Shown: in pieces, positions 55,341 to 63,280 of the stretch
Layout of the letters: each line of letters starts with the position of its first letter
How positions within the stretch are numbered: the first letter of the stretch is position 1
Source: Eubacteriales bacterium
GTDB taxonomy: Bacteria > Bacillota > Clostridia > Oscillospirales > CAG-272
Length of the DNA stretch: 64,000 nt
Assembly (NCBI GenBank): GCA_045594785.1
Contig: JAZNZE010000001.1
Location: forward strand, 77,736-141,735
Direction: 5' to 3'
Program-made: the position numbers and the translations under genes
The notes under the pieces: model-generated
What the model was told of the DNA's origin: nothing
Database searches by the model: none
The model's input: only the letters and a program-made list of their open reading frames with translations

Positions 55341-56639
55341 ATGTCAGATTCTGAAAACACACGCATTTTAAGAAAATGCTCCTTCTGCGGAAGAAGCGAG
55401 GAAGAGGTTTCTCTGCTTATTCCCTCCGGTGACGGTAAGAGCTATATATGCGACCACTGTATAAATCTTTGCGCCGAATTCATAGACGAGCAGTTCCAGC
55501 CCGCAAGAGAAGACATCGATTTTGAGGAGCTTACCTTCGATACCCTGCCCCGTCCCAAAGAAATCAAGGAGAGGCTTGACGAATACGTTATAGGTCAGGA
55601 TGAGGCTAAGCTTGCGCTTTCGGTTGCGGTATATAACCACTATAAGAGAATTCTTACTATAAAGGATGCCGAAAATACGCGTTCGTCCAAAAAGAAGGAG
55701 ACTCTCGCTGAAATTGACGAGGTTGAAATTCAGAAGTCTAACGTATTGCTTCTCGGCCCTACCGGAGTTGGTAAAACCTATATAGCTCAAACTCTTGCAA
55801 AAAGCTTTAAGGTTCCGTTTGCCATTGCAGACGCAACTACGCTTACCGAAGCCGGTTACGTGGGAGAAGACGTAGAAAACATACTTCTCCGTCTTATTCA
55901 GGCTGCCGATTACGACGTGGAAAAAGCCGAGCACGGTATAATCTATATAGATGAAATAGACAAAATTTCACGCAAGGGCGAAAACCGTTCCATTACGCGT
56001 GACGTTTCGGGCGAGGGTGTTCAGCAGGCTCTTCTTAAAATTCTTGAAGGAACTGTGGCAAACGTTCCTCCTCAGGGCGGAAGAAAGCATCCCAACCAGG
56101 AATTCATACAGATAAATACCAAGAATATACTTTTCATATGCGGCGGAGCATTTGACGGAATAGAAACCATTATCGAGCAGCGCAAGGGCGCTCAGCAGAT
56201 TGGCTTCTCCACGGAAAAGCCGACTGCTAAGGAAAAGGCTCAGAAGGGCGTCTATAAGGACGTTATTGCTCACGACGTTGTAAAATACGGTATTATACCC
56301 GAGCTTGTCGGCAGACTTCCCGTTATCGTAACTCTCGATAACCTTGACGAAGCCGCGCTTGTAAGAATACTTAAAGAGCCCAAGAATGCTATTTACAAGC
56401 AGTATCAGAAGCTTTTTGAGATGGACGGCATTGAGCTTGAATTTGAAGACGGTGCTTTTGAGGCGATTGCTCATCTTGCAATAGAGAGAAACACCGGTGC
56501 GAGAGGTCTTCGTTCGATAATCGAGGGACTTATGATGAAGCCTATGTTCGAGCTTCCAAGCACGGAAGGTGTTAAAAAGGCTGTCGTTACCGCCGATTTC
56601 ATTAACGGCAAGGCAGATTTAACCGTTATTAAGGATTAA
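55341..56639 (+). CDS. clpX: ATP-dependent Clp protease ATP-binding subunit ClpX
   Basis: 432 aa with an N-terminal zinc finger (CSFCGR...CDHC), Walker A GPTGVGKT and Walker [10 protein letters not shown]. Confidence 0.97.
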   Translation: MSDSENTRILRKCSFCGRSEEEVSLLIPSGDGKSYICDHCINLCAEFIDEQFQPAREDIDFEELTFDTLPRPKEIKERLDEYVIGQDEAKLALSVAVYNHYKRILTIKDAENTRSSKKKETLAEIDEVEIQKSNVLLLGPTGVGKTYIAQTLAKSFKVPFAIADATTLTEAGYVGEDVENILLRLIQAADYDVEKAEHGIIYIDEIDKISRKGENRSITRDVSGEGVQQALLKILEGTVANVPPQGGRKHPNQEFIQINTKNILFICGGAFDGIETIIEQRKGAQQIGFSTEKPTAKEKAQKGVYKDVIAHDVVKYGIIPELVGRLPVIVTLDNLDEAALVRILKEPKNAIYKQYQKLFEMDGIELEFEDGAFEAIAHLAIERNTGARGLRSIIEGLMMKPMFELPSTEGVKKAVVTADFINGKADLTVIKD

Positions 56640-56704
56640 ACAGTAATTAATTTCTGCCGGTCAGCAAAGCTAATCTTTGCTGACCGAAAAAAGTATTTCA
56701 AAAA

Positions 56705-56771
56705 AATAATCCCCTCAGGGTAAACACTTGAAAAACAAAAGGCTTTCAAGGAAAACTCCGAGGGGATTATT
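56705..56771. terminator. Long composite hairpin between the convergent clpX and araC-type genes (bidirectional terminator candidate)
   Basis: The outer 12-bp stem is AATAATCCCCTC with GAGGGGATTATT. The inner stem is CTTGAAA with TTTCAAG. T runs follow on both strands. A second hairpin (56658-56686) follows clpX directly. Confidence 0.5.
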
Positions 56772-56779
56772 TTTGATTT

Positions 56780-57619
56780 TTAAAGACTTGCTTTTCTATA
56801 AGCAAGGGGACTTTCGTTTATGTACTGCTTAAATATTTTGTGGAAATAGTTAGGATTACAGAAGCCTATTTCGTCAGCTATCTCTGCCATAGACTTCTTT
56901 GTGGAATAAAGAAGCTCCATAGCCTTATTAACTCTGAGCCCGTTTATGTATTCTATGGGAGTTTTACCTATAGAGGTCTTGAACATCTTTGTAAAATAGT
57001 CGGGGGATACGTTTATCATATCGGAAAGCTTCTCAACGTATATCTTTTCGCAGTAATGCTCTGCTATATAAGTTATAACGGGACGGAGACGAAGCACGTT
57101 ATGGTATATCATTCTGTCGGATTCGTCCTTAGAGCCGCAGTAATATCTTAGAAGCGAGGTCATAATCAGATAGATATTTGCTCTTATGGGAAGCTTGTAG
57201 CAAACGTCCTTTGCAAGATATTCGTCATAGGATTCGTTCATATACATTTTCAGAGTGTTATATACCGGGTGGTCGCTTTTGAATACCGAAATTTTATTTT
57301 TAGACTGTACGTCAAACATATAGAATATCTCGGTCTCAAAATTCTGCATATTTGCTTCCAGAATAGAAGAATTAAATACCATCGCGCGCATAGACGCCTC
57401 TTCTCCCACGGCATCTGCGGAGCAAACCATCTTAGGCGGAATATAAACGAAATCACCCGGAGCTGCCGAAAGAAGCTCAGTTCCTACTCTGATTTCGAGA
57501 TTTCCCGAAAGAACCTCTATTATCTCCATTGCCTCTTCTGAAATTCCAAGCTTTTTTATTCTTCCCTCACCGCTTGCCGCGTACATTTTGAATGGGAATT
57601 TGCTATCGTCCTTTTTCAT
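56780..57619 (-). CDS. AraC family transcriptional regulator (cupin sensor plus HTH)
   Basis: 279 aa with an N-terminal cupin-like domain and a C-terminal double HTH (MAEIADEIGFCNPNYFHKIFK). Confidence 0.88.
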   Translation of the reverse strand: MKKDDSKFPFKMYAASGEGRIKKLGISEEAMEIIEVLSGNLEIRVGTELLSAAPGDFVYIPPKMVCSADAVGEEASMRAMVFNSSILEANMQNFETEIFYMFDVQSKNKISVFKSDHPVYNTLKMYMNESYDEYLAKDVCYKLPIRANIYLIMTSLLRYYCGSKDESDRMIYHNVLRLRPVITYIAEHYCEKIYVEKLSDMINVSPDYFTKMFKTSIGKTPIEYINGLRVNKAMELLYSTKKSMAEIADEIGFCNPNYFHKIFKQYINESPLAYRKASL

Positions 57620-57629
57620 AAAAAACTCC

Positions 57630-58586
57630 TTAATAGAAAGTTGCTACCTCTTCTATAGGCTTTTCTGCTCTTACAGCCTTTTCTACAGTGATTACAGGCC
57701 CTTTTGCCCGATAAAGCTTTGAATATTCTACGCTTAAAGTTCCCTCAACCGTAACCCAGTCTCTTGTTTTTATATCAAGACCCGAAGTTCCCTTTGCCAC
57801 AAGCCCTCTGTACGCTATATCGTCCGCACAGCAGGTCATAATATGCCTTCCTATTGCATAATGAGACTTTGGAAGCGAGGGGTCAAGCGCTGCAATGCCC
57901 TTGAATCTCACCCTTTTGCCGTTATACTTTTCAAAATCCTCGCTCATATCCCTATAAAATATGGCAAAATCTATATCCTCTATTTCAATTACGGGAGCGT
58001 TCAGGTCGTAAGGCAACGGGTCTTCAATATCATCAAACTCTAATTCGCCCGCAGTATCCTCATAGCAAATATTAGCCTTTCTGGATACACCGCGCACAAG
58101 CTTGTGAAGCGGCATTTTGTCGGTTTCTTGATTAGTTCGGTTAAAGACAACCATCTCACAGCTGGTAAGCTTATCCACAACAAGCTGACGCATATTCTGA
58201 TTATATGAAATAATCGTAGTGGAATCGGCTATCATTATTTCCTGATAAACCAAAAAATTCTCGGGTAATGCATTATACAGTCTGTCAAGCATCCACATTC
58301 CGTTATACTCAATAACTATAATCTCAGCACCCGCTCTTTTCTGCATAGCAGAAAGTCTGTCAGGGGTTATCCTCTGCTCATCGTCAAAGGCAGCAAAGCT
58401 GACGTTATCCGAAAACATTTCGGGCAGCAGCTCCTCCTCGCCTTCCTCGCAGGAAATAATAAGAATTTTGCGCGTTCCGTCATTGAAGCCGGGATCCTGC
58501 ATCGTTTCTGCTATAAATCTGGTCTTTCCCGCCTCCAGAAAGCCCGTAAAAAGATATACGGGAATTTCTCTATTCTGCTCTAACAT
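57630..58586 (-). CDS. CobW-like G3E P-loop domain (no CXCC) fused to a DUF1980/TIGR03943-like C-terminal domain
   Basis: The N-terminus has YLFTGFLEAGKT (Walker A retained) but no CxCC metal motif. The C-terminus GKRVRFKGIA...AIGRHIMTCCADDIAYRGL resembles the CCxxD motif of DUF1980. The start ATG overlaps the upstream stop (TGATG). Confidence 0.75.
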   Translation of the reverse strand: MLEQNREIPVYLFTGFLEAGKTRFIAETMQDPGFNDGTRKILIISCEEGEEELLPEMFSDNVSFAAFDDEQRITPDRLSAMQKRAGAEIIVIEYNGMWMLDRLYNALPENFLVYQEIMIADSTTIISYNQNMRQLVVDKLTSCEMVVFNRTNQETDKMPLHKLVRGVSRKANICYEDTAGELEFDDIEDPLPYDLNAPVIEIEDIDFAIFYRDMSEDFEKYNGKRVRFKGIAALDPSLPKSHYAIGRHIMTCCADDIAYRGLVAKGTSGLDIKTRDWVTVEGTLSVEYSKLYRAKGPVITVEKAVRAEKPIEEVATFY

Positions 58587-59803
58587 CAGACCTCAAACAG
58601 CTCCTTGATTTTTTCTTTATCTATTCCTGAGCCGATGACGCATATTCTTCCGGTTACCGAAGCCGTTCCGTATCTTACGTTGGGCTCACCGGGAACGTAG
58701 TCAAAATGTATCCATCTGCCGTCCTCTGACATAACTATTCCCTTTGCTCTGAGAATCATTCCGTAAGAATCGTCCTCATCAAAGGCTTCAAGCACGGAAT
58801 TGATTTTTTCCTCGGTAAATTTTTTGGGAGTTTCTGCGCCAAAGCTTGCAAACACCTCATCAGCATGGTGATGCTCGTGGTCGTGGCAACCGCATTTGCA
58901 GTCCTCTCCGTGCTCGTGGTGGTGATGCTCGTGCTCGTGGTCGTGGCAGCCGCACTTGCAGTCCTCTCCGTGCTCGTGGTGGTGATGCTCATGCTCGTGG
59001 TCGTGGCAGCCGCATTTGCAATCCTCTCCGTGCTCGTGGTGGTGATGCTCATGCTCGTGGTCGTGGCAGCCGCATTTGCAGTCCTCTCCGTGCTCGTGGT
59101 GGTGATGCTCATGCTCGTGGTCGTGGCAGCCGCACTTACAATCCTCTCCGTGCTCGTGGTGGTGATGCTTATGCTCGTGCTCAAGCTCGGAAAGCTCATT
59201 TTCGAGAGTATTCGTATGCTCCATTGCGGCAAGTATTTCCTTGCCTTCTATATCCGCGAGCGGCGCGGTTATTACAACCGCATTGGGATTGCTTTCGCGT
59301 ACAAGAGCCACAGCCTCTTCAATTTTATGGCTTTTTGCAACGTCAGTATGCGAAAATACTACTGCCGAGGCATGCTTTATCTGGTCACCGAAAAACTCAC
59401 CGAAGTTCTTCATATACATCTTGCACTTGCCTGCATCAACTACGGTTGTATAGCTGTTAAGCTTCGCATTGTCGGTTTCAACTCCGCGTACCGCCTTAAT
59501 AACGTCAGAAAGCTTTCCTACTCCCGAAGGCTCTATTATGACTCTGTCAGGATTGTACTCCTGAAAAACTTTAGTAAGCGCTTTGGAAAAATCTCCTACC
59601 AAAGAGCAGCAGATGCAGCCCGAATTCATTTCGGTTATTTCAATTCCGGCATCCTGAAGAAATCCGCCGTCAATTCCTATCTCGCCAAATTCGTTCTCAA
59701 TAAGAACAACCTTCTCACCTGCGTAAGCCTCCTTAATGAGCTTCTTTATAAGCGTTGTTTTACCTGCTCCGAGAAATCCGGAAAAAATATCTATTTTAGT
59801 CAC
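58586..59803 (-). CDS. COG0523/CobW-family metallochaperone GTPase with an expanded His/Cys-rich repeat insert
   Basis: It has FSGFLGAGKTTLI Walker A, the GCICCS CXCC motif and a CobW_C-like C-terminus. The linker between the domains contains five copies of HEHGEDCKCGCHDHEHEHHH. GTG start with AGAGG RBS. Confidence 0.88.
   Translation of the reverse strand: MTKIDIFSGFLGAGKTTLIKKLIKEAYAGEKVVLIENEFGEIGIDGGFLQDAGIEITEMNSGCICCSLVGDFSKALTKVFQEYNPDRVIIEPSGVGKLSDVIKAVRGVETDNAKLNSYTTVVDAGKCKMYMKNFGEFFGDQIKHASAVVFSHTDVAKSHKIEEAVALVRESNPNAVVITAPLADIEGKEILAAMEHTNTLENELSELEHEHKHHHHEHGEDCKCGCHDHEHEHHHHEHGEDCKCGCHDHEHEHHHHEHGEDCKCGCHDHEHEHHHHEHGEDCKCGCHDHEHEHHHHEHGEDCKCGCHDHEHHHADEVFASFGAETPKKFTEEKINSVLEAFDEDDSYGMILRAKGIVMSEDGRWIHFDYVPGEPNVRYGTASVTGRICVIGSGIDKEKIKELFEV
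58867..59180 (-). repeat. 60-bp in-frame tandem repeat, about 5 copies, inside the COG0523 gene
   Basis: Exact 60-nt periodicity is visible in the sequence layout (58921, 58981, 59041, 59101). The first copy lacks 6 nt. The copies differ at only a few positions. Confidence 0.95.
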
Positions 59804-59833
59804 TTTTATACCTCTAAAAAAATTATTATATAT

Positions 59834-59862
59834 ATTTTAATATATTTTTCCGCAAAAGTCAA
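59834..59862 (-). promoter_or_regulatory. Candidate sigma-A promoter of the COG0523 operon, overlapped by an AT palindrome
   Basis: On the minus strand: TTGACT (59857-62), 17-nt spacer, TAAAAT (59834-39). The palindrome ATATATT-TT-AATATAT (59830-59845) covers the -10 element. Confidence 0.4.
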
Positions 59863-59910
59863 GGAAAACGGGCAAATAAACAGCAGGATTTTATGCGTAA
59901 ATTCGTTTTT

Positions 59911-61362
59911 TTACAGATTTTGCAGTTTTCTAATGACCTCTCTCTCAGAAAAAGGAATTTTTCTGCCGCCGATATCCATTTCCTCCTCGTGCCCCTTACC
60001 TAAAAGCATAATGACGTCTCCTTCCTTTGAAAGCTCGTAAGCGCGCAATATAGCCGCTTCTCTGCTTACGCATATCTCGCATATTTTTTTATCGGAAAAT
60101 CCCATCATAATCTCACGGCATATATCGTAAGGCGGTTCAAATCCGGGGTTATCGGAAGTAATAATCGAATAATCCGAATAATTCTCTGCCGCTTGTGCAA
60201 GCTCTCTTCTCCGCCCCTTACTTCTTTCCCCGACAGAGCCGAAAACCGAAATAATTCTTCCCGAAAAAATCTTTTTTGCAAGGGACAAAACCGAAATAAA
60301 GCTGATTTTGTTGTGGGCATAGTCGATAACGAAATGTCTGCCGTTCACTGTATGACGTTCAAATCTTCCCGGAATTTTCACGCAAGGAATATATGACGCC
60401 AGCTCTGTAACTTTTTTACCCGAAAGCTTTTCTGCGGCCGCTATGGCAAGAGCTGCGTTTACCGCATCGTACTTTGCCGGCATTTTTGAATTTACTCTCA
60501 CTCCGTTAAGCCTAAAGAGGCTTCCCTCGGGCGACTGTGAAAACTCGGTTATCCTGAAATCCGAGCTTTCCGAAAAGCCGCATTTTATACATTTTTCCGT
60601 TCCGAAAGCAACGAATGGCGTGTATACGTCATCTGCGCTCAAAATACGGTATTTCGACTTGTAATCGGTAAAAAGAGAACGCTTTGTCCGTGCATACTGC
60701 GTGAAGTTTTCATGCTCGAATTCTCCTATGTGGTCGATGCCGAGAGAAGAAAATATAACCGCAAAAAATTCAAGTCCGTATATGCGGTAATCCATAATAG
60801 CCTGACTTGAAACCTCAAGCACAACGGCATCTGCTCCCATATTATCACACATACGCATTAGGCCAAAAAGCTCTGTGGCCTCCGGGGTGGTATTCTTCGT
60901 TTTTCGGATAATATTTCCGTCCGCATCGCAAAGCCCGAGAGTTCCTATGCTAAAAGCTTTAATATCTGCCATTCCCAGAATTTTTGCTATCGTAAGAGCT
61001 ATTGTAGTTTTTCCTTTCGTGCCCGTTACCCCTATTATTCTGAGTCTTTTGAAATCACAGCCATTTATTTTAATTGATATTTCTGCTACGCTTTTTCTTA
61101 TGTTTTTGGTTTTTATTATGACGCAATCCGCTTTAGGCTCTGTGTCGGTTTCGCTGAGAAAAACTCTGCAGCCGCGATTGTATGCATCACCGACAAAATC
61201 CGCACCGTTAATCCTGTGTCCGAGAACGGGCGCAAAAACAGACGCTTCGCCCGCACTTCTTGAATCGACTGTAATATCGGTGATATTTATATCCTGCGGC
61301 CTGACGTCCTTTCCGTAAGATATGCTGACGCTAAGTCCTCGGCAAAGCTCAATAAGCTTCAA
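59911..61362 (-). CDS. murE: MurE-family Mur ligase (UDP-MurNAc-L-Ala-D-Glu:amino acid ligase) with a non-DAP-type specificity motif
   Basis: 483 aa with ITVDSR, GVTGTKGKTT, TTPEA, EVSSQA, DHIG, DYAHN and GKGHE motifs. TSDNPGFEPP replaces the DNPR of DAP-adding enzymes. TTG start follows a strong AAGGAGAGG RBS and overlaps the upstream stop. Confidence 0.85.
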   Translation of the reverse strand: MKLIELCRGLSVSISYGKDVRPQDINITDITVDSRSAGEASVFAPVLGHRINGADFVGDAYNRGCRVFLSETDTEPKADCVIIKTKNIRKSVAEISIKINGCDFKRLRIIGVTGTKGKTTIALTIAKILGMADIKAFSIGTLGLCDADGNIIRKTKNTTPEATELFGLMRMCDNMGADAVVLEVSSQAIMDYRIYGLEFFAVIFSSLGIDHIGEFEHENFTQYARTKRSLFTDYKSKYRILSADDVYTPFVAFGTEKCIKCGFSESSDFRITEFSQSPEGSLFRLNGVRVNSKMPAKYDAVNAALAIAAAEKLSGKKVTELASYIPCVKIPGRFERHTVNGRHFVIDYAHNKISFISVLSLAKKIFSGRIISVFGSVGERSKGRRRELAQAAENYSDYSIITSDNPGFEPPYDICREIMMGFSDKKICEICVSREAAILRAYELSKEGDVIMLLGKGHEEEMDIGGRKIPFSEREVIRKLQNL

Positions 61363-62576
61363 CAGTATCCTCTCCTTGAATTTTTAATAAAGGCGCGGTT
61401 TAATCTTTTCGAATGAAAGTCAACGTAAGCTTGCCTGAAAATACTTGCTTTGGTATCCGGATTGTATTCGAGCGGAGAAAATTCAAGGCCCTCGCCGCGT
61501 AAATACTCTGCCTCCTCTATATCCTCAGCCTCGCACAGCGCTCTTACTGTAGCGTGAGGCGGGTATCTCCAATACACTTTTCCGATATCAAAGCATTTTT
61601 TTATTTTCTCTTCATTTGCCGCCATACTAATCAGCTCCGCAATATTAACACCCGCTGCACGCATATAGTCGCAGCTTCTTCCCTGGCGCAGATTTATCTC
61701 GAGCACGTACTCGTTTTTTCCGTCAGAAATTACGTCAAAATTTGCAAACCCGTGATAGTCAAGCCCCTCAAGCATTTTTATCAGCTTCTCGCAAAGCGGA
61801 GTTATCGGCTCGGTAATTATTGCTGCATGATTTCCGTGTGAGGTAATTCCGACCTCCTCCAGTATCACCCTTCCGAAAACTGCCCTTACCGCCCTTCCGC
61901 GCTGGCAAAATACGGTAAGAACCGAGTTTTTCGCCCTTTCGTCTCCTATCTGCTTTTGCAATGCTATTCTGCCTCTGTAGCCGCAGGAATAGATTTTCTC
62001 TGCTATCGCTCTTGCGCTTTCCGCATTTTTCACAAAATAGACCTTGCGCATACCCGAAAAGCTGCAAGCCTGCCAATAGTGCGCAGAATCGGCAGGCTTT
62101 ACTACCGCAGGATAAGAAAATGCCTCTACCGCGCTTTTATTTCTCTTCGCATAGCTTATTGATACCGTTTCGGGAAATGGTATGCCGTACTCTTCAAGTA
62201 TCCCGTAAAATACCGTTTTATCGCGCAGACTGTGCCTTAGCTCCTTTCGCGGAAGGACTGTGACGTAGTAATCCGAAAAACGCTCTGCGGCTATCGCGGC
62301 TATTTCTGTATAAAGGTCCGAGCAAGGTATAAGAATAAGATTTTTATCCTTGTTTTTCACCGCAAAATCAAAAAGCGCAGGACCTGCAATTTTAATATCG
62401 TCAAGTCCGGCGCATACGTGTGTTTTTACAATTTTTGAAAATCCTGTAATTCCGCATTTATATCTTCCGAACGCGTGGCTTACCGCGCCCGAGTATTCGT
62501 GAAATGCCCTTGCGACAGAATAAGCGCATAAATCAGCTCCAAGAAGAACGGGTGTGAACGTTTTTAGATTTTTCAT
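61359..62576 (-). CDS. ATP-grasp carboxylate-amine ligase (COG3919 / D-aspartate-ligase-like)
   Basis: The N-terminus FTPVLLGADLCAYSVARAFHE resembles the D-Asp ligase (Aslfm) family. The central ATP-grasp pattern includes PAVVKP and FANFDV...YVLEINLRQGRS. I place the start at ATG 62576 (AGGGAG RBS). Confidence 0.8.
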   Translation of the reverse strand: MKNLKTFTPVLLGADLCAYSVARAFHEYSGAVSHAFGRYKCGITGFSKIVKTHVCAGLDDIKIAGPALFDFAVKNKDKNLILIPCSDLYTEIAAIAAERFSDYYVTVLPRKELRHSLRDKTVFYGILEEYGIPFPETVSISYAKRNKSAVEAFSYPAVVKPADSAHYWQACSFSGMRKVYFVKNAESARAIAEKIYSCGYRGRIALQKQIGDERAKNSVLTVFCQRGRAVRAVFGRVILEEVGITSHGNHAAIITEPITPLCEKLIKMLEGLDYHGFANFDVISDGKNEYVLEINLRQGRSCDYMRAAGVNIAELISMAANEEKIKKCFDIGKVYWRYPPHATVRALCEAEDIEEAEYLRGEGLEFSPLEYNPDTKASIFRQAYVDFHSKRLNRAFIKNSRRGYC

Positions 62577-62593
62577 ACAGCTCCCTTGCCGTA

Positions 62594-63073
62594 TCAAAGC
62601 CGAATATTCGTAAGCTCCTTAAAGCCTCTTTGCCTCAATACCTCGTATACTGCTATCGCAACGGAATTTGAAAGATTATGGCATCTGAGAGTTGGAAGCA
62701 TCGGTATTCTGAGGCATCTGTCAAAGTTTTCGCGGACAAGCGCCTCGGGAAGTCCCACGGATTCCTTACCGAAAACGAGAAAAACCGTTTCGGGATACTC
62801 TACGTCAGCATAGCAAATCTCTCCCTTTGCGGAAAAGTAATAGAGAACGGCATCGGGGTTTTTATCGCAAAAATCCGCATAGCTTTCATAGTAGGTTATA
62901 TCAAGCTTATCCCAATAATCAAGTCCTGCTCTTTTAAGGTGCTTATCCGTTACCTCAAATCCCATAGGCTTGATTATGTGAAGAGCCGCACCCGTAACAG
63001 CCGCCGTTCGCGATATATTTCCGGTGTTCTGCGGAATCTCCGGCTCGTACAGCACAATATTTATTTTTTTCAT
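62594..63073 (-). CDS. trmL: tRNA (cytidine/uridine-2'-O-)-methyltransferase TrmL (SpoU/TrmH family)
   Basis: MKKINIVLYEPEIPQNTGNISRTAA plus LNLSNSVAIAVYE are typical of TrmL. I place the start at ATG 63073. Confidence 0.9.
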   Translation of the reverse strand: MKKINIVLYEPEIPQNTGNISRTAAVTGAALHIIKPMGFEVTDKHLKRAGLDYWDKLDITYYESYADFCDKNPDAVLYYFSAKGEICYADVEYPETVFLVFGKESVGLPEALVRENFDRCLRIPMLPTLRCHNLSNSVAIAVYEVLRQRGFKELTNIRL

Positions 63074-63280
63074 TCTAATTTTGCCCCCGAAAAAACAATT
63101 TATGTAAAATTCCATATTATTTTATCACATTACTTCGCCACTTTCAATACAATGCTTTCTTTATTTTACATTTTTTATATTTTTTACAATTTAGTGTTTA
63201 TTTTTGTAAGCTCCTATGCTATAATATAAAGTACAAATATTATCTCAGCCCTTTACAGCCCTGAACGGAGGTTTTTTATA

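Noticed and set aside
58867-59180. Regular 60-bp periodicity that could be mistaken for a CRISPR array.
   Set aside because: The units are contiguous with no unique spacers, lie in frame inside a well-supported CDS, and no cas genes are nearby.
59804-59910. A Zur/Fur-type box upstream of the COG0523 operon.
   Set aside because: I saw no TCGTAAT-N-ATTACGA-like or Fur-box-like inverted repeat. Only a generic AT palindrome is present, and I reported that separately at low interest.
58846-60040. Plus-strand ORFs of 204 and 391 aa with striking repetitive translations (VVVMLVLVVVAAA..., RGGDAHARGRGSR...).
   Set aside because: They are antisense or off-frame readings of the 60-bp tandem repeat in the COG0523 gene. 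The repetitiveness comes from the repeat, and the minus-strand frame has full-length family support.
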